The notes below the pieces were generated by a model, which saw only the letters and a program-made list of their open reading frames with translations, was not told the DNA's origin and searched no databases. The position numbers and the translations under genes were made by a program. From contig NC_083427.1 of NCBI RefSeq assembly GCF_020745735.1, forward strand, positions 744,001-808,000: a stretch of 64,000 bases of DNA, given 5' to 3'. Source of the DNA: Hemiscyllium ocellatum. Its lineage: Eukaryota. Shown here in pieces: positions 26,821 through 39,605 of this stretch. Every line of letters starts with the position of its first letter. Position 1 is the stretch's first letter.

Positions 26821-26901
26821 TATTTTTGCACTGGGATGTATCACTGTGACTGTTATGATCACCACACCAATCGAGAACTCGACATCTGTAATACAGAAAC
26901 T
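26821..26901 (+). other. IgNAR: D1 segment (coding 26849-26862 ACTGTTATGATCAC) with 12-spacer 5' RSS and 23-spacer 3' RSS
   Basis: 5': TATTTTTGC, 12 bp, CACTGTG. 3': degenerate CACACCA (26863-26869), 23 bp, ACAGAAACT (26893-26901). One frame reads CYDH. Confidence 0.8.
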
Positions 26902-27090
26902 ACCAGCACACATTGTTACCAGTACCGCAAACATTTTGATTTGTTGTTTATCAGGATGGCCAGCTAATCTGGAGTTTGGATGGATATCAAATTTGGTTTT
27001 CTGAAATAAATGTAAGAAGGTGCACATTGGTAGAAATCCAGATTGCAGTTTGTGCATCGACTTGGTGTTTTTGTATGAATGTCAATGGGA

Positions 27091-27168
27091 AGTTTTTGCA
27101 TTGCTGTGTGTGACTGTGTTACTATGCTACCACAGTGACTAACCTGTGATTCCCGCAGTACAGAAACG
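27091..27168 (+). other. IgNAR: D2 segment (coding 27119-27130 TTACTATGCTAC) with 12/22 RSS
   Basis: 5': AGTTTTTGC, 12 bp, GACTGTG. 3': CACAGTG (27131-27137), 22 bp, ACAGAAACG. Frames read LLCY / YYA / TML. Confidence 0.93.
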
Positions 27169-27493
27169 TCCTGCCACATGTGAATCCACTGCTCATATAA
27201 ATTATTACCTGCATGCTTAAGTACCTCATGCTGAAATGATTCTTGCAACTTTTAGGGCCTGGCAACTGCTATAGACCAATTTTCATACTCCTTGAGCTGA
27301 TTATTATGCGACTGTTAAAATTCTATTCACAAAGCAATATAGATAAGTATCCAGTCTTTGAAGAGTGGCTGAGAATTATAAACGTGACTGGGAATACAAT
27401 ATATAAAGGGAGTGATTTGCGTCACACTTGCTGGATCAATCAACCAATATCCTGGAGCATTTGAAGAATCTTCACTTATTTTAGCAACAATGG

Positions 27494-27561
27494 AATTCTT
27501 GTGCTGGTGTGAAACAATGTGTAGCTGTGATTACACAGTGATACAAGCCAGAGCACAAACC
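27494..27561 (+). other. IgNAR: D3 segment (coding 27522-27533 TAGCTGTGATTA) with 12/12 RSS
   Basis: 5': AATTCTTGT, 12 bp, CAATGTG. 3': CACAGTG (27534-27540), 12 bp, GCACAAACC. Frames read *L*L / SCD / AVI. Confidence 0.93.
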
Positions 27562-27876
27562 TCTCGGACAGTTATTCCTTTTTCTGCTTCTGATGAACAT
27601 GATTCCATAATCAACTTTCTGTCATGAATGCTGCTTCATAGAATTAACATCAATACCAATTCGTTCCATTCTGGAATTGTACAGATGTTTCACGTTGATT
27701 ATAGATCAGCATGCTCACGTTTCCAATGTCACCCAAACTGGCATTGGAGATAGTGGATATATGAATGAATTTAAATTGTTAACAAATGAATATTTGTTAA
27801 TGCTGTCAATATATATGGAAAATAGTAGAGAGGATTTGTTTTGATACATTGATTATAGGACTTCTGCTTCACTGAC

Positions 27877-27915
27877 ACTTTTTGTATGGCATTGAATGGG
27901 AGCTGATGGACTGTG
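27877..27915 (+). other. J 5' RSS: nonamer ACTTTTTGT, 23-bp spacer, heptamer GACTGTG
   Basis: Counted directly: nonamer 27877-27885, spacer 27886-27908, heptamer 27909-27915. Confidence 0.93.
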
Positions 27916-27960
27916 ACTACGACGTTTACGGAAGCGGCACCATTCTGACTGTGGAACCTG
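27916..27960 (+). CDS. IgNAR: IgNAR J segment (YDVYGSGTILTVEP)
   Basis: Y-G-x-G-T J motif and phase-1 donor CCTG|gtaagt at 27961. Confidence 0.96.
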
Positions 27961-29927
27961 GTAAGTGTTCTTCTTGCTACTTATCGCTTCGATTTTGCAG
28001 TTCAGTTATTTAATAAAAATCGTTTTCTTGTTAAAACAGGCTCAACTGCACAACGTGAGATTCAGAACATTTTCTAATCGACATATTTTGCGTGCTGGAA
28101 TTTATTGTCTTCCATTTCAAACTCATTTGCAGATTTTGTTTGAGCAAATATATGCTAATATACAAATATAGACGTAAATGTAGCTGAGGACAAGCCAATA
28201 GAGAATCTAAATGTTTAACTTGCTTGGCATAGAGTATATAAGATTTTATTTGCGTAGATCATGGCTTTAGCTGTTTACGCAGGAAACTGCCCAAGATATG
28301 AAGCTGTACTAAGGCATGTCAGTGTGCCATTGTTATGCAAAACTTCTAATCTGAACAACAAATCCAAGTCTAGATTGAGGAAATCTTTCTGCTAACAGTA
28401 ATGTTTCGGATTGTGTCTAAAATCAATGTTTTGATAGACAATCCTCATTATTTAACATAATTTCGATTACATTAACATTATCACAAATCAGCAAATTGAC
28501 TGTCCAATTTTGAAACTGGAACAATTGTAACTCACCAAACCTGGGCTTGGTGAAGGTTGATTGGAGCTGAAATTCGTCTGCTCCAATTCCACAAAATGTG
28601 AATAATTGTGCACTGATTTTACCAGTGCCCTATATCAGACAACTAGTGGAGAGTAATTTCACTGTAATTTGGCACGAATCCAGATTATCTGAAACGTGCT
28701 CTCCCAGATACATGTCCATCTGTGGGTCGAAGTTTGTTGTATTTAAGATGGTGTCGAATATTTGAGAACTTTGAACCCACTATCGCTTTAGTGTAAAATG
28801 TTTACTTGACATTAAAGTGGAAATCATGTAGCCCATCTGTACAATATTAATTCTTAGAGTGGAATAGTCTTGCCTTGCTGATAATATTAATTGCTGTCCA
28901 ATTCAATTCTTTTAACCACGTCAAGCTAAATAGTCGTTTGCCTTGCCCTCATGGATTCTCAGGACATCATACCGAACGAAGTAGGATCAATAAGTCGATG
29001 TGTGCACGACAGCATTGCTTTTGTGATGCAGTCACCTTGCTGTCGTATTCTTGGACAGGTATTTACGAGTGCAGGTGATAATAGGAGAACCCCAAATCAG
29101 TAGTTCATAATTGACAACAAAGAACAAAAAGGGTCAGAAATCAGGTTTCACCTGACACAGGGGCAGAGATCAGGAAGTTTGTGATTTAAAAAGAAAACTT
29201 GTTTGACCATAACCTGATGTCGTGTGACTTTTGACCTTGTCCACCCTGTTCAGCACAGGCACCTCCGAATATAAAAAATGCAGCTTTGCCGTGGTATCAA
29301 TCCCACAACAGGAAGCATTCACTGCACGAAACAACTTCTGCAATTTGGGCATTTTCAGACTAATGTGTGAACATAGAAAATTATTTTTGTGCATCTAGAG
29401 GGTGCGTAGAATAGTTTGCCCGGGCAGAAGGTTGTGTTGAGGAAAGTGTTAATCCTTTTAACGGTCCATCCCCTGAGATGTGATGGCCCTCAGGTTAAAT
29501 CACCAACAGTCAGAGAGAGCAGCCCCTGTGGTCTTGTAAGAATATGGCGTCTCAGCCAATAGCTCCATTTTTTTTCAGTTAATAGTTTCTTTGGGCATTC
29601 CATGGAATGCTGAGATGATGAAAACCGAACTTCAACTGTATTTAACTGAAATAGACGACAGAGATTTTCTCTTACTGTAAACATTGAAAAAAAAATTGGA
29701 TACTGTCTATGCTAGTTGCTTTGAAATGAAAAAGAAAATCCATGTTTACCAGCGGTATGAAGTTAATATCTACATTAATCACTATCTTCTCGCTAATTAG
29801 TGTCAGTGGTTCGAACTTGTTATTTCATCCGACATCTGTCAGTATTTACAGAGGTCTGTCATTTTTATAGTTCTGCCAAATATTAATCACTGTAATGCAC
29901 CAGTTTGTCTGTGATGCATCCATTATG

Positions 29928-30075
29928 GGGTGTAGGTTTGCTCGCTGAGCTGTAGGTTTGATATCCAGACGTTTCATTACCTCCAAGTGAAGGAGGTCGC
30001 CACTGATGATGTTACCTAGCCAGGTAATGAAACGTCTGGAAATCAGACGACAGCTCAGTGAGCAAATCTACACCC
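29928..30075. mobile_element. Palindromic Penelope-type short element
   Basis: Arms 29928-29953 and 30050-30075 are reverse complements with 2 mismatches in 26. Inner arms 29964-29982 and 30022-30040 form a perfect 19-bp inverted repeat. Confidence 0.8.
30000..30039 (+). ncRNA. Minimal type I hammerhead ribozyme motif
   Basis: cca CTGATGA t gttacct-agcc-aggtaat GAAA C GTC tgg: conserved core, 7-bp stem II, GUC triplet, 3-bp stem I, and a palindromic ACGT stem III that could form only as a dimer. Confidence 0.6.
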
Positions 30076-32149
30076 TAAACCTCAACTTGAGCTACAAAAC
30101 TTGCGAAATATCAATTATTTCGTGGAAATTCCTTTCCTTTCAATTAATTCTGGGAATTCTGCTTTTTAAATGAATCTTGCATGTCTAAAGTATATCTGTT
30201 CTTTAGATTTTTTTTAGAAAGGTATATGGGCTTTGCCAACTGAGGCAGCTTTCTTTTCGTTTCAACAAAGTCAGGGTACAATGCACTTTACCCTATAAGA
30301 TATGGTGGAAACTGACTCCGTTCTTCATTATGATTTCGCAATTCTATTGTAGTTATTGGCAAGTTGTACCAAACCCATCGTTCAGTCCGACATGCAGTTT
30401 TATAAAAAAAAGTTACAACCTCTAGCTGCTCGACAGGGTTCATTAATTCTGCCTTTCCTTGACTGTCTTTCATATTACTGGGAAATTGTATCCGAACTTC
30501 ATCTGATTTACATTATTTTAATAGACCTAATCATGGCATATCAACGTACATATGCCGCATTCAAGTATCAATTCTGTCAGGAGGGCTAGAAAGCCATTCC
30601 GACAAAGGCAGTTTTCATTCCAGGGAATTGTCAGGTAACCCTTATCTGAACGGCCTCTGATGCATTCACAACTCATGTAACTGAGATGACCAATCAGACG
30701 CAGCACACAGTCCAGGAGGAATCTTTTATGTACCTGTTTTATCTGAAAAAAAAAGCTTCTGCACATTCCCGTCCAGTTTCCCATTTGACAAATCACATCA
30801 TTGTTTTAGTTTTCTTAATTATTTGCTGGCCAGATGTGCTAACGTCAAGTGATCCATCCTTTTGGACACCATCGTCTTTCTGCAACTCAGAGTTGCACAA
30901 AATGTCATCATTTTGATTGTTCTTTTCTGTTCCTCTTGCTAGATATTCATCGCTTTCACCAAATTACTACGTTGCACGTCATTTACCGTGTTCTTATTCA
31001 CACGTGGCAACATATTCTTGTAGTTTAATTGGCCCTGTGATTACTTAATGCCTCTTTTTATTTTTGAGAGTTTGTTATGTTTGGCAAACGAAGCATGTCC
31101 CACTTAATCCAAAACATAAATTACGAACAGTTGCAATTCCTCCAACAGTCCCTCTGGCACACCACTTGCCAACCTTAGGATTACTCCTGCACACCTACTG
31201 TCACTTTCAGCTATTCTCCTGTCCATTTCAGTATTGTAAAGTCCTCTGTCTTTCATTATCCACTATCAACTTTGATTTGGCATTTTACTGATTATTTACG
31301 GGAACTCACCACGCACTGCAAACGACGATTCCCCTTTTATCCAGTAGATTTCTTAAACATGATTTCCCGTTCATAAAGCCGTGATTTCTTTGAACTTGTC
31401 CAGTTGCACCTTATTTTAAACAGCTTCTAACATTGCAAACTGACATTGGAGATGATTTGCAACAGTCAACACAAAATGTCAGTTATTTGAATGACATTTT
31501 CACTTTGGACGCAGGGATAATGTCATGAGGGGACAGGCAGGTCTCGGCCCGCAGCTGCAACTGTTTAGGCAGGACCGTTTCTCTGTTGCATGTCATTTCC
31601 CTGCTTTTTCCCTTCCTTCGATTTGCTGATTAATTGCATTTTCTAGAATGCTGCTTGTATTCTCTGTCATAAAAACTGTTAGAAAATAAGTGTTCTATGT
31701 ATTTCTTCTCTGTTGCGTTTCACAGCATGATTTGTCAAACATTCATTTCACTTTGTAAATTATTTTATTTTCGAATAAGTTACAGGACCTCGTCCTCTCT
31801 CTTTCTTTTAACTCATTGGTTAGCTTCCTATCATATTCTGATTTTACAATCTTTCTTTCTTAATTTTCAGACATTTCATTTCCGAACATTTTAATATTCT
31901 GTTTAATTTTCTGACTTACCATCTGTTTATCCACAATCACATACGTTTTCCTGAATGTAGATATTATCTTAAACCACAGAAAGCAGTTCTGAACCTTGAA
32001 ATATTCCTTACTTTTTGGAATGTACCTATTTAAGTGATCTGAAATGTCTCCACACATGTTTGCCACTTTATCATGATCGAATTCTCCTCCATCTGATTTT
32101 CCAGTTCACTTCAGCCAGCTCTGATTTCGTGTCCACAGAATATGATTTT

Positions 32150-32900
32150 TATTTAAAAAAAGAACCGTTGTCTGTCTCTCACATTGATTGTATTATGCAA
32201 TGGAGTTAATGTTGCTGATCCCTCAGGGCGCCTTTGCAATGAGGTAATGAGTTAATCCGATCTCATTCCACCATTGCAGGATGTTCAATATATGTTGAAA
32301 ACTTGCGATTCGAATGAATGATTGCAAGATCTATTTTTATGAGCTGTCTTTGCCCATCTAACTTTCGCAGTTATTTTACAGATAATTGCTTGCATAATGA
32401 TTTTTTGATTTTCTGACAAGCTGTTGCAATGTCTTCCTTTATGTTCTCCCTATTATATTGTTACACATGTTGACCCAAACAATGCTCCCACAAATGACTT
32501 CTTGAAATGGCAATTTCTCAACTTTACTCAAACCCATTCCATGGGCTGCTTTTCTGAAATGGGGTCACCCCTCTCCCTTTCATAAAACAAGAACAGCAAA
32601 CTCTGAAGAAATTCAGCCTTCCTGGAAGCATTGGTGGAGAGAAAGAGACAGAATATGCCTCCAGTCTGATGTGACTCTATGAATGAACTGTAGAACTTGT
32701 ATAAGTTTCCTACCCCACGCCTCCCCGTCATTTCTACATCATCTGCACGAATCCAATCTATATCATCTTGTGGGAAGGATAATGTTGAAGGCCAAGAGTA
32801 GTTTCATCACCTATTGGCCTCTGTATATGCTGACTGTCAGCATGGACCTCACTAATGGCAATTCGAACTAATGCAACTCTGTTACTTGCTGGAAACTATC
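32150..32900 (-). mobile_element. Decayed CR1 LINE fragment (endonuclease/linker region)
   Basis: Minus ORF 32528-32731 (..EFL..L...F...ERGDP..) and flanking CR1-like sequence. Degenerate. Confidence 0.45.
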
Positions 32901-33739
32901 ACAAATTGATGCTTTCACACCGCATGACGGAGAAGACATAAGCATATGCGTGAGAACATCAGTGTGCAGGTGGAATCAGTTATTATGTAGGGTATGTTGT
33001 TCCCAAGACTGATATACATAGTCATTGCCATGGATGTTATTTATAACATTTGATATCTAAATTTACAGCAAAATGATGCAGTTTGTTGACAGTGTGCTTG
33101 CTGGAGAGCACGGAACAGTGGTCATGTGTAAAAGATTCAAAGAATGTAATCAACTCAATATTTCACTCGTGGGTTGATAGCTGCTGCACTCGTGTATTAT
33201 TTCATTATAAAATTTCACATGCGATATCTTCTCGTGTTATTGATGACGTGACTGTTGAGTATTGGTAGACATTGGGGATTGATTAGAAGTCAGCAATAGC
33301 CCAGTTCATAAAGCAAGAGATTGTTAATCTCGGTCTTTTGTAATAGCAAAACCATGGCTGTCGTTGAATTTGAACAAATGGAAGAGAAAATAAATTCAAA
33401 AGTATTGTCTGACTTTGAGATGAAACGTTGATGGGTGAACAAGAAGTGCAATTCAGGATCTGGGCAGCAGAGCTCAGATCAGATTTACTTGAAAGATTTT
33501 GAAGATGGGATCCCAGCATTGAGAATTGCAGAATAATCTAGAATACCTTTGAAGAGCTTGGAATTTCTGGTCACAGGTCAGCTGAGGTATTTTCGAGAGA
33601 GTAATTGATTTGATGGAACAAGCAGGTATTCCTGCTGATGGCTGTATTAAGTAATCTGGTGAGTATAACACGGTCACGAGTAAACACCAAATTGTGAACA
33701 GTGTAGTCAGCTGCATTGGTGTAGAACATATTTGTTCAC

Positions 33740-35940
33740 GTTAGCGGTGGAAAGGGATAGATATATCGGCCAGGAGTCATATCTGGGTAGAAGCAACTTT
33801 GATGCGATTAGGCAAGATTTAGGAAGCATAGGATGGGGAAGGAAACTGCAGAGGACCAGCACAATTGAAATGTGGAGCTTATTCACGGAACAGCTACTTT
33901 GTGCCCTTGTTAATTATATACATGTCAGGCAGGATGGAAGTTGTCGGGCGAGGCAGCCGTGGTTAAGTAACGAATTTGAGTCACTTGCCAAGACAAAGAA
34001 GAAGGCTTATGTTGGGATGAGACGTGAAGTCTCAGTTGGAACACTTGCGAGTTACAAGTTAGCCAGGAAAGACTCAAAGAGGGAGCTAAGAAGAACCAGG
34101 AGGGTACATGAGAGGTCATTAGCGGATGGAATGAGAGAAAACCCTGAGGCTATCATTCGGTATATCTGGACTAAAAGAGTGACTCGAGTAAGATTAAGGG
34201 CAATCAAAGGTAGGAGTGGGAAGTTGTGCGTGGAGTCAGAGGAAATAGAAGAATGGCTAAATGAATTTTTTCCGTCAATCTTCACACAGGGAAAATACTA
34301 TGTTGTTGAGGAGAATACAGAGATTCAGGCCACTAGCCTAGATGGGATTGAGGTTCACAAAGAGGAGGTGTTTGCAATTCTGGAAAGTTTGAAAATAGAT
34401 AAGTCCACTGGGCCTGATGGGATTTATCCTCGGATTCCCTAGGAAGCCGGAGAGGGGATTGAAAAGCCTTTGGCTTTGATTCTGGTGTCTTAATTATCGA
34501 CAAGAATAGTGCCAGAAGACTGCGAAGTAGCAAATGTCGTTCCCTTGTACAAGAAGATGAGTACAGTCAACTCTGGTAATTGTAGAGCAGTGAGCATTAG
34601 TTCGTTTGTGGGTGTAGTGTAGGAAAAGATGGTAAGAGAAAGAATGTATAATCATCTGGAGTGGATGAAGTTCATTAGGGACAGTAGATACGGTTTTGTG
34701 AAGGGTAGGACATGTCTCACAAATCTTACTGAGCGCTTTGAGAAAGTGTCAAAACAAGTGGATGAGGTTAAAGCGTTTGACGTGGTGTTTTTGGATTTCA
34801 GTAAGGTATTTGATAAGTTTCCCACGGGAGGCTATTTCAGAAAATGCAGAAGCATGGGATTGATGGTGATCTAGTGGTTTCCATAAGAAATTGACCAGAT
34901 GAAAACAGACAGAGGTTGGTGGTTATTAGAAATATTCGTGCTGGAGTTCATTTAATAGTCGTGTATCACGACAATCTGTTTTGGAGGCACCGCTGTTTGT
35001 CATTTTTATAAATGATCTGGACGAGGGCGCAGAAGGATGGGTTAGTAAGTTCACGAATGAAACTAAGGTTAGTGGAGTTGTGGATAATGATTAAGGATGT
35101 TGTGGATTACATAGAGACATAGATAAGCTGCCGAGTTGGGCTAAGAGATGGAAAATGGAATATAATGGGGAAAAGCGTGAGGTGATTCACTTTGGAAGGA
35201 GTGACAGGAATGCAGAGCACTGTGTTAATAGCAATATTCTAGGTAGGGTGGATGCACAGAGAGATGTCGTTATCCATGTCCGTCCATCTCTGGAAGATAT
35301 CAGCCATGTCGATAGGTTTGTTAAGAAGGCATACGGTGTATTAACTTTTATTAATGGAGGGATTGAGTTTCGGAGCCAAGAAATTATGCTGCAGCTGTGT
35401 AAAACTCTGGTGCGGCCGCACTTGGAGTACTGTGCAGAGTTATGATCACTACATTCTAGGAAGGATGGAAAGGATTCAGAGGAGATTTATTAGAATGTTG
35501 CCTGGTATGGAGGGAAGATCTTACGAGGGAAGGCTGAGGGACTTGAGGCTGTTTTGGTTCGAGAGAAGAAGGTTGAGAGGTGACTTAATTGAGACATATA
35601 TGATAATCAGAGTGTTAGATAGGGCGAATAATGAGAGCCTTTTACCTTGGATGGTGACGGCTAGCACAGAGGTCATAACTTTACATTGAGGAGTGACAGA
35701 TAAAGGACAGACTTCAGAGATATTCTCATTATTCAGTGAATAGTAGGGGCATGAAATGGCCTGCGCGCAACAGTAATGGAATCGCCAACGTTAAGAGCAT
35801 TGAAATGGCCATCGGATAGACATATGAATGAAAATGGAATAATGTAGGTAAGATGGGCTTCAGAACAGTTTCACAGGTCGGTGCAACATCGAGAGATGAA
35901 GAGCCTGTATTGCACTGTAATGTTCCATATTCTATGTTGT
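33740..35940 (+). mobile_element. CR1 LINE (~2.2 kb, decayed ORF2 plus 3' UTR) in the J-C1 intron
   Basis: ORFs 33732-34442 (..LKIDKSTGPDGIYPR), 34629-34874 (YGFVKGRTCLTNL..FLDFSKVFD), 35155-35445 (..LVRPHLEYC) and 35354-35689 (RRRLRGDLIETY). Confidence 0.93.
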
Positions 35941-37449
35941 ATAAAAAGAAAACGTGGTCTCGTTCCCTGACAGGAATGCTTTAAATTTACGAGTTCCAAT
36001 CAAAGATTGAATGGAAAGAAATCCATTTGTCTGTATTGAGAACACAGGGAATTGTTTTTGAAAAGTAAAACGTCTAAATTAAGGGAAATATTAAGCGATG
36101 TCTTTTATGATCAAGTTAAATGTTAGGTTCAAGGAATTTGGCTCCAGAAGGAGGGAAGTTCACAGAAACAGTGTGTACTTTATACAACAGCAAGGCGCGA
36201 AACATTTTGAAAGCTAATTTTAGGGAAAAAAATGAGGTTGTGGGAATTAAGAATAAGATTTCAGCTATAAAATAAGCGTGAACTGTTCATTTCTACTCCC
36301 TGGTGGAATTCTGACAACTGTGATAGAAATCACAGTTCGACGATGGGGAATTGATCTATGTGTGCTGCCAAACTGTACAACGTGTTGGCGAGAACCGGGG
36401 AAACAGTCTGATGATTAGAACTGGACCATTTAGGAGAAATTTGAGAAGACATTTGTTCACCTAAAGAGTGGTGAGAATGTGGATTTTATTATCACAAGAA
36501 GTAGTTGATACTAATATATTGGATGTGCACAACAAGGGGCGAGACATAGCACTTGGAGGGAACAGAGTAAAATGTTGTGGGGAGAAAGCAGGATGAGGCA
36601 ATTGATTTGGACCATTAGTAGGACCAAGAAGGATGTCAGAGCTGGCTCGAAGGTCTGATTGGCCTGCTCCTGTCCCTATATTCTATGCTTCCATTTTTCG
36701 ATATAGTAGAGATTCTACTTGAGTAAGGAACAATTTTGCTCCCTCAAGTACTTGAACAAGGCCTCCAGATTCCTTTTGTCTCTGGTGTGTAATCGTACTT
36801 TTGTTGACTTATCAAAACCACAATGATATCAAAATGAAAAGCTTTCTCAAAATTATTTCCTGATTATTACATGAGATCAAATTGTCTCGTTAGCAAGAAA
36901 TGTAAAACAGATTATTGGAAATAAATAATTAATATTTCAAGACTTGGTTTTTGTTTTAAAATAGAAAGAAATGCTTTAATAAGTAGATGGGACAAGGTTT
37001 AGGGAGCCGTATACAGAACGTCGAGTCTCGGAGGTTGAAAGTACATTGATTAGTTTTTTGGACAGTTGAAATGAGGAATTCTTCAGAGGCTAGTGCATCA
37101 GAACAAATGTCTCACTCGATTTCAGCTGGAGGAAATGTTAGAGTTGGAGTTGAGTGAAGCCATTGAGAGGTTGAGGAAAAGGAAGAGAAATCTGAAATCG
37201 AGGGATTGTTTGGTATGGCGAACTTACATCACAAAGCAGAGAGCCGGTCCTATGTACTTGGCCTGAGATTAAGACATTGGCAGAAGGCGATTAGAAGACC
37301 CAAAGTTAGAAAGTGGGAGTTTGGCCAGGGATGAATTTTCTAGATTGTACAAATTTGTATTCATGTTTGAGCAGTAGATAAGCTCACCGTCAAATCAGAC
37401 AGTGAAGTTAGATATAAAAATAGGTTGTCTTAACGAGGAAGTTGAGTGG

Positions 37450-38375
37450 CGACCATTAGGAGGTTTATAAAATCATGAGAACAATGTAAAATGTAAATAT
37501 CGAAGTACATTCCCAAAGGGATATGAGTCCAAATCTAGAATGGATAGTTTTAAGGTGAGATGGAAAAGATTTAAAGGAATCTGCGGTTCAGGTTTTTTAT
37601 GTCTGCACAGAGCGTGGTGTGTTTATGAAATGACCTTCCAGAGAAAGTGGTAGAAGTGGTACTGTAACAAAATTAAAAATGATTTTCGGAAGGTAAATGA
37701 AGAGGAAATGTTTGTAGAATATGGCCCAAGTATCAGCAAATGAAGAAGGCCCTTGGAATGCTTTCCGTTATTGGTCAGTGCACTGAGTATGAGTTGGTAG
37801 GTCATGTGACAGCTGTACACGATAGTGCTTCGGCCGCTTTTGGAATATTGTCTGTAGTGCTGGTCTCTACAGCTTTTGGAAGAACGTTCTGAAAATTGAA
37901 AGACTTCAGAAACGATTTACAAGGATGTTTCTAGGGTTGAAGGATTTGAGCTATAGGAGAGCTGAATTGGCTGGGAGTATTTCCCTTGGTGCGTCAGAAG
38001 CTGATTTGTGACCATATCAAAGTTTATAACATTATGGATGGTAATGAGAACTTAAATAGACAATGTATTTTCCCCTGTGTGAGGGAGTCCAAAGATGGAG
38101 GGTGAAGGATTAAGGTGAGAGCGGAAGATATGAAAGACTTCTAAACGATAGTTTTTTTTCTCACTGAGGATGGTGCATGTATGGATTGAGCTACCAGTTG
38201 GAGGTTTGCAAAATTCCATGATTCAAATCGCACTTGAATGGGTAAATGAATAATAAGTGTTTAGAAGGATACAGGCCAAGTGCTGGCAAATGGGACATGA
38301 CTAATTTCAGATATCTGGTCGGCATGGAAGAATTTGACCAAAGCGTTTGATTCTTTGTTATCAATGATTCTATGA
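37450..38375 (+). mobile_element. Two adjacent decayed CR1 3' fragments
   Basis: Two successive 'gaggtttataaaatcatg / tttaaggtgaga' CR1 3' segments. The second includes 'ccgcttttggaatattgt', a decayed PLLEYC. Confidence 0.7.
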
Positions 38376-38662
38376 CCCAAATGTCACATGTTCAATTTAG
38401 AAAAACTGTTCAGCGTGGACGAATTTGACTGAAATGTTTCTTTCTGCTCCTTGGACTCTATCAGTCGAACAAGTGTGGAGCTCACCTCAAGGTTACATAT
38501 GATGCCAACGTTACGAGGAACCTTGTATAGCAACATGATGTTCTGGTACAATAATAATATTATTTTTTGGGTATGATTTGAGAGTAATCGATTGTACATG
38601 ATATCACCGAAACAATGTAGCCATCTATACACAAGAGAGTAAGTCTTAATTTGTAATTTTAG

Positions 38663-38983
38663 GCATACAGCCTTCTCCACCAGTCATCAGTCTACATTAC
38701 TCTGCAACTGAAGAACAGAGGGCAAACGGATTTCTTCAGCTGATTTGTCTCATCACCGGGTACTATCCTGAAAGAATTGCATTGACCTGGCAGAAGAACG
38801 GAAATACCATAAGTTCTGGCGTTACAACTACGTCTCCAACGAAAACAGCGACCAATGATTTTAGCTCTACAAGTTTGCTGAAAGTGCCACTGCAGGAATG
38901 GAACAGCGGCTTTGTGTATAGTTGTCAAGTTTCTCATTCTGCTTCCAATAGTAACCAGAGAAAAGAAATTAGTTCAACATCGG
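38663..38983 (+). CDS. IgNAR: IgNAR C1 exon
   Basis: ttttag| (G)IQPSPPVISLHYSATEEQRANGFLQLICLITGYYPERIALTWQKNGNTISSGVTTTSPTKTATNDFSSTSLLKVPLQEWNSGFVYSCQVSHSASNSNQRKEISSTS G|gtaag. 321 nt, phase 1-1, C1-set Cys/Trp/Cys. Confidence 0.97.
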
Positions 38984-39605
38984 GTAAGAAAACTAAACAA
39001 ACTCACAAGCTCACATTCATTACCATAATCAGTTTTGTCATAAATATTAGACAAGATGGAAAATTATTTTGTTGGTTTATTACTGCGGATGAAGCATTCT
39101 TGAATTAGTTGCAGTGAGTAATATCAATGGGAATTTGTAGTCCAGAGAAATGTTACAGCAAAAATGAGTCGAAATGAACCAGGTACCTAAACCCGCTCTT
39201 TCAAAAAGATAGTTGAGAATAACCTCTGAAACCCTTTGCTCTGTATCGGTCTGACCAAAATAACCAAAGTTCTTGGAAAAAGACAGAGGAAAAAGACAGA
39301 TATAGAGCCATTATGAAGAAAGCAAGTGAATGAAAGAGATTAGTGAGCAAACCTCTTAACTGACAAGTTTAGGCAGAGTTTCTGGATATGCTCGCTATTC
39401 AAAATTCTTTATACAACGTGGTAGTCCCCCGCTTTTTCTTATTTTCCGAGTCAATTCAGAGTAGCAAAATAAAGCCTTGACACTGCACACACTTCATCAC
39501 AAAGGAATCATTTTCAACAATGCGTATTTCTAAAGCTGTGGCTAGTGAGGATTTAGTATTGTCTGTTGCCGATTGTTGCCATGCAATTGTAGAAAGGATG
39601 TATTT

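Noticed and set aside
29070-29550. Intronic enhancer candidate (CAGGTG, CACCTG, CAGGAAGT, TGTGGT, AATATGGCG)
   Set aside because: Most motifs fall inside decayed repeat sequence (Penelope terminus ~29150-29270 and a probable repeat ~29480-29550). It cannot be supported without conservation or ATAC data.
27961-38662. Class-switch (S) region in the J-C1 intron
   Set aside because: No tandem AGCT- or G-rich repeat array is visible; the intron is unique AT-rich DNA plus LINE debris.
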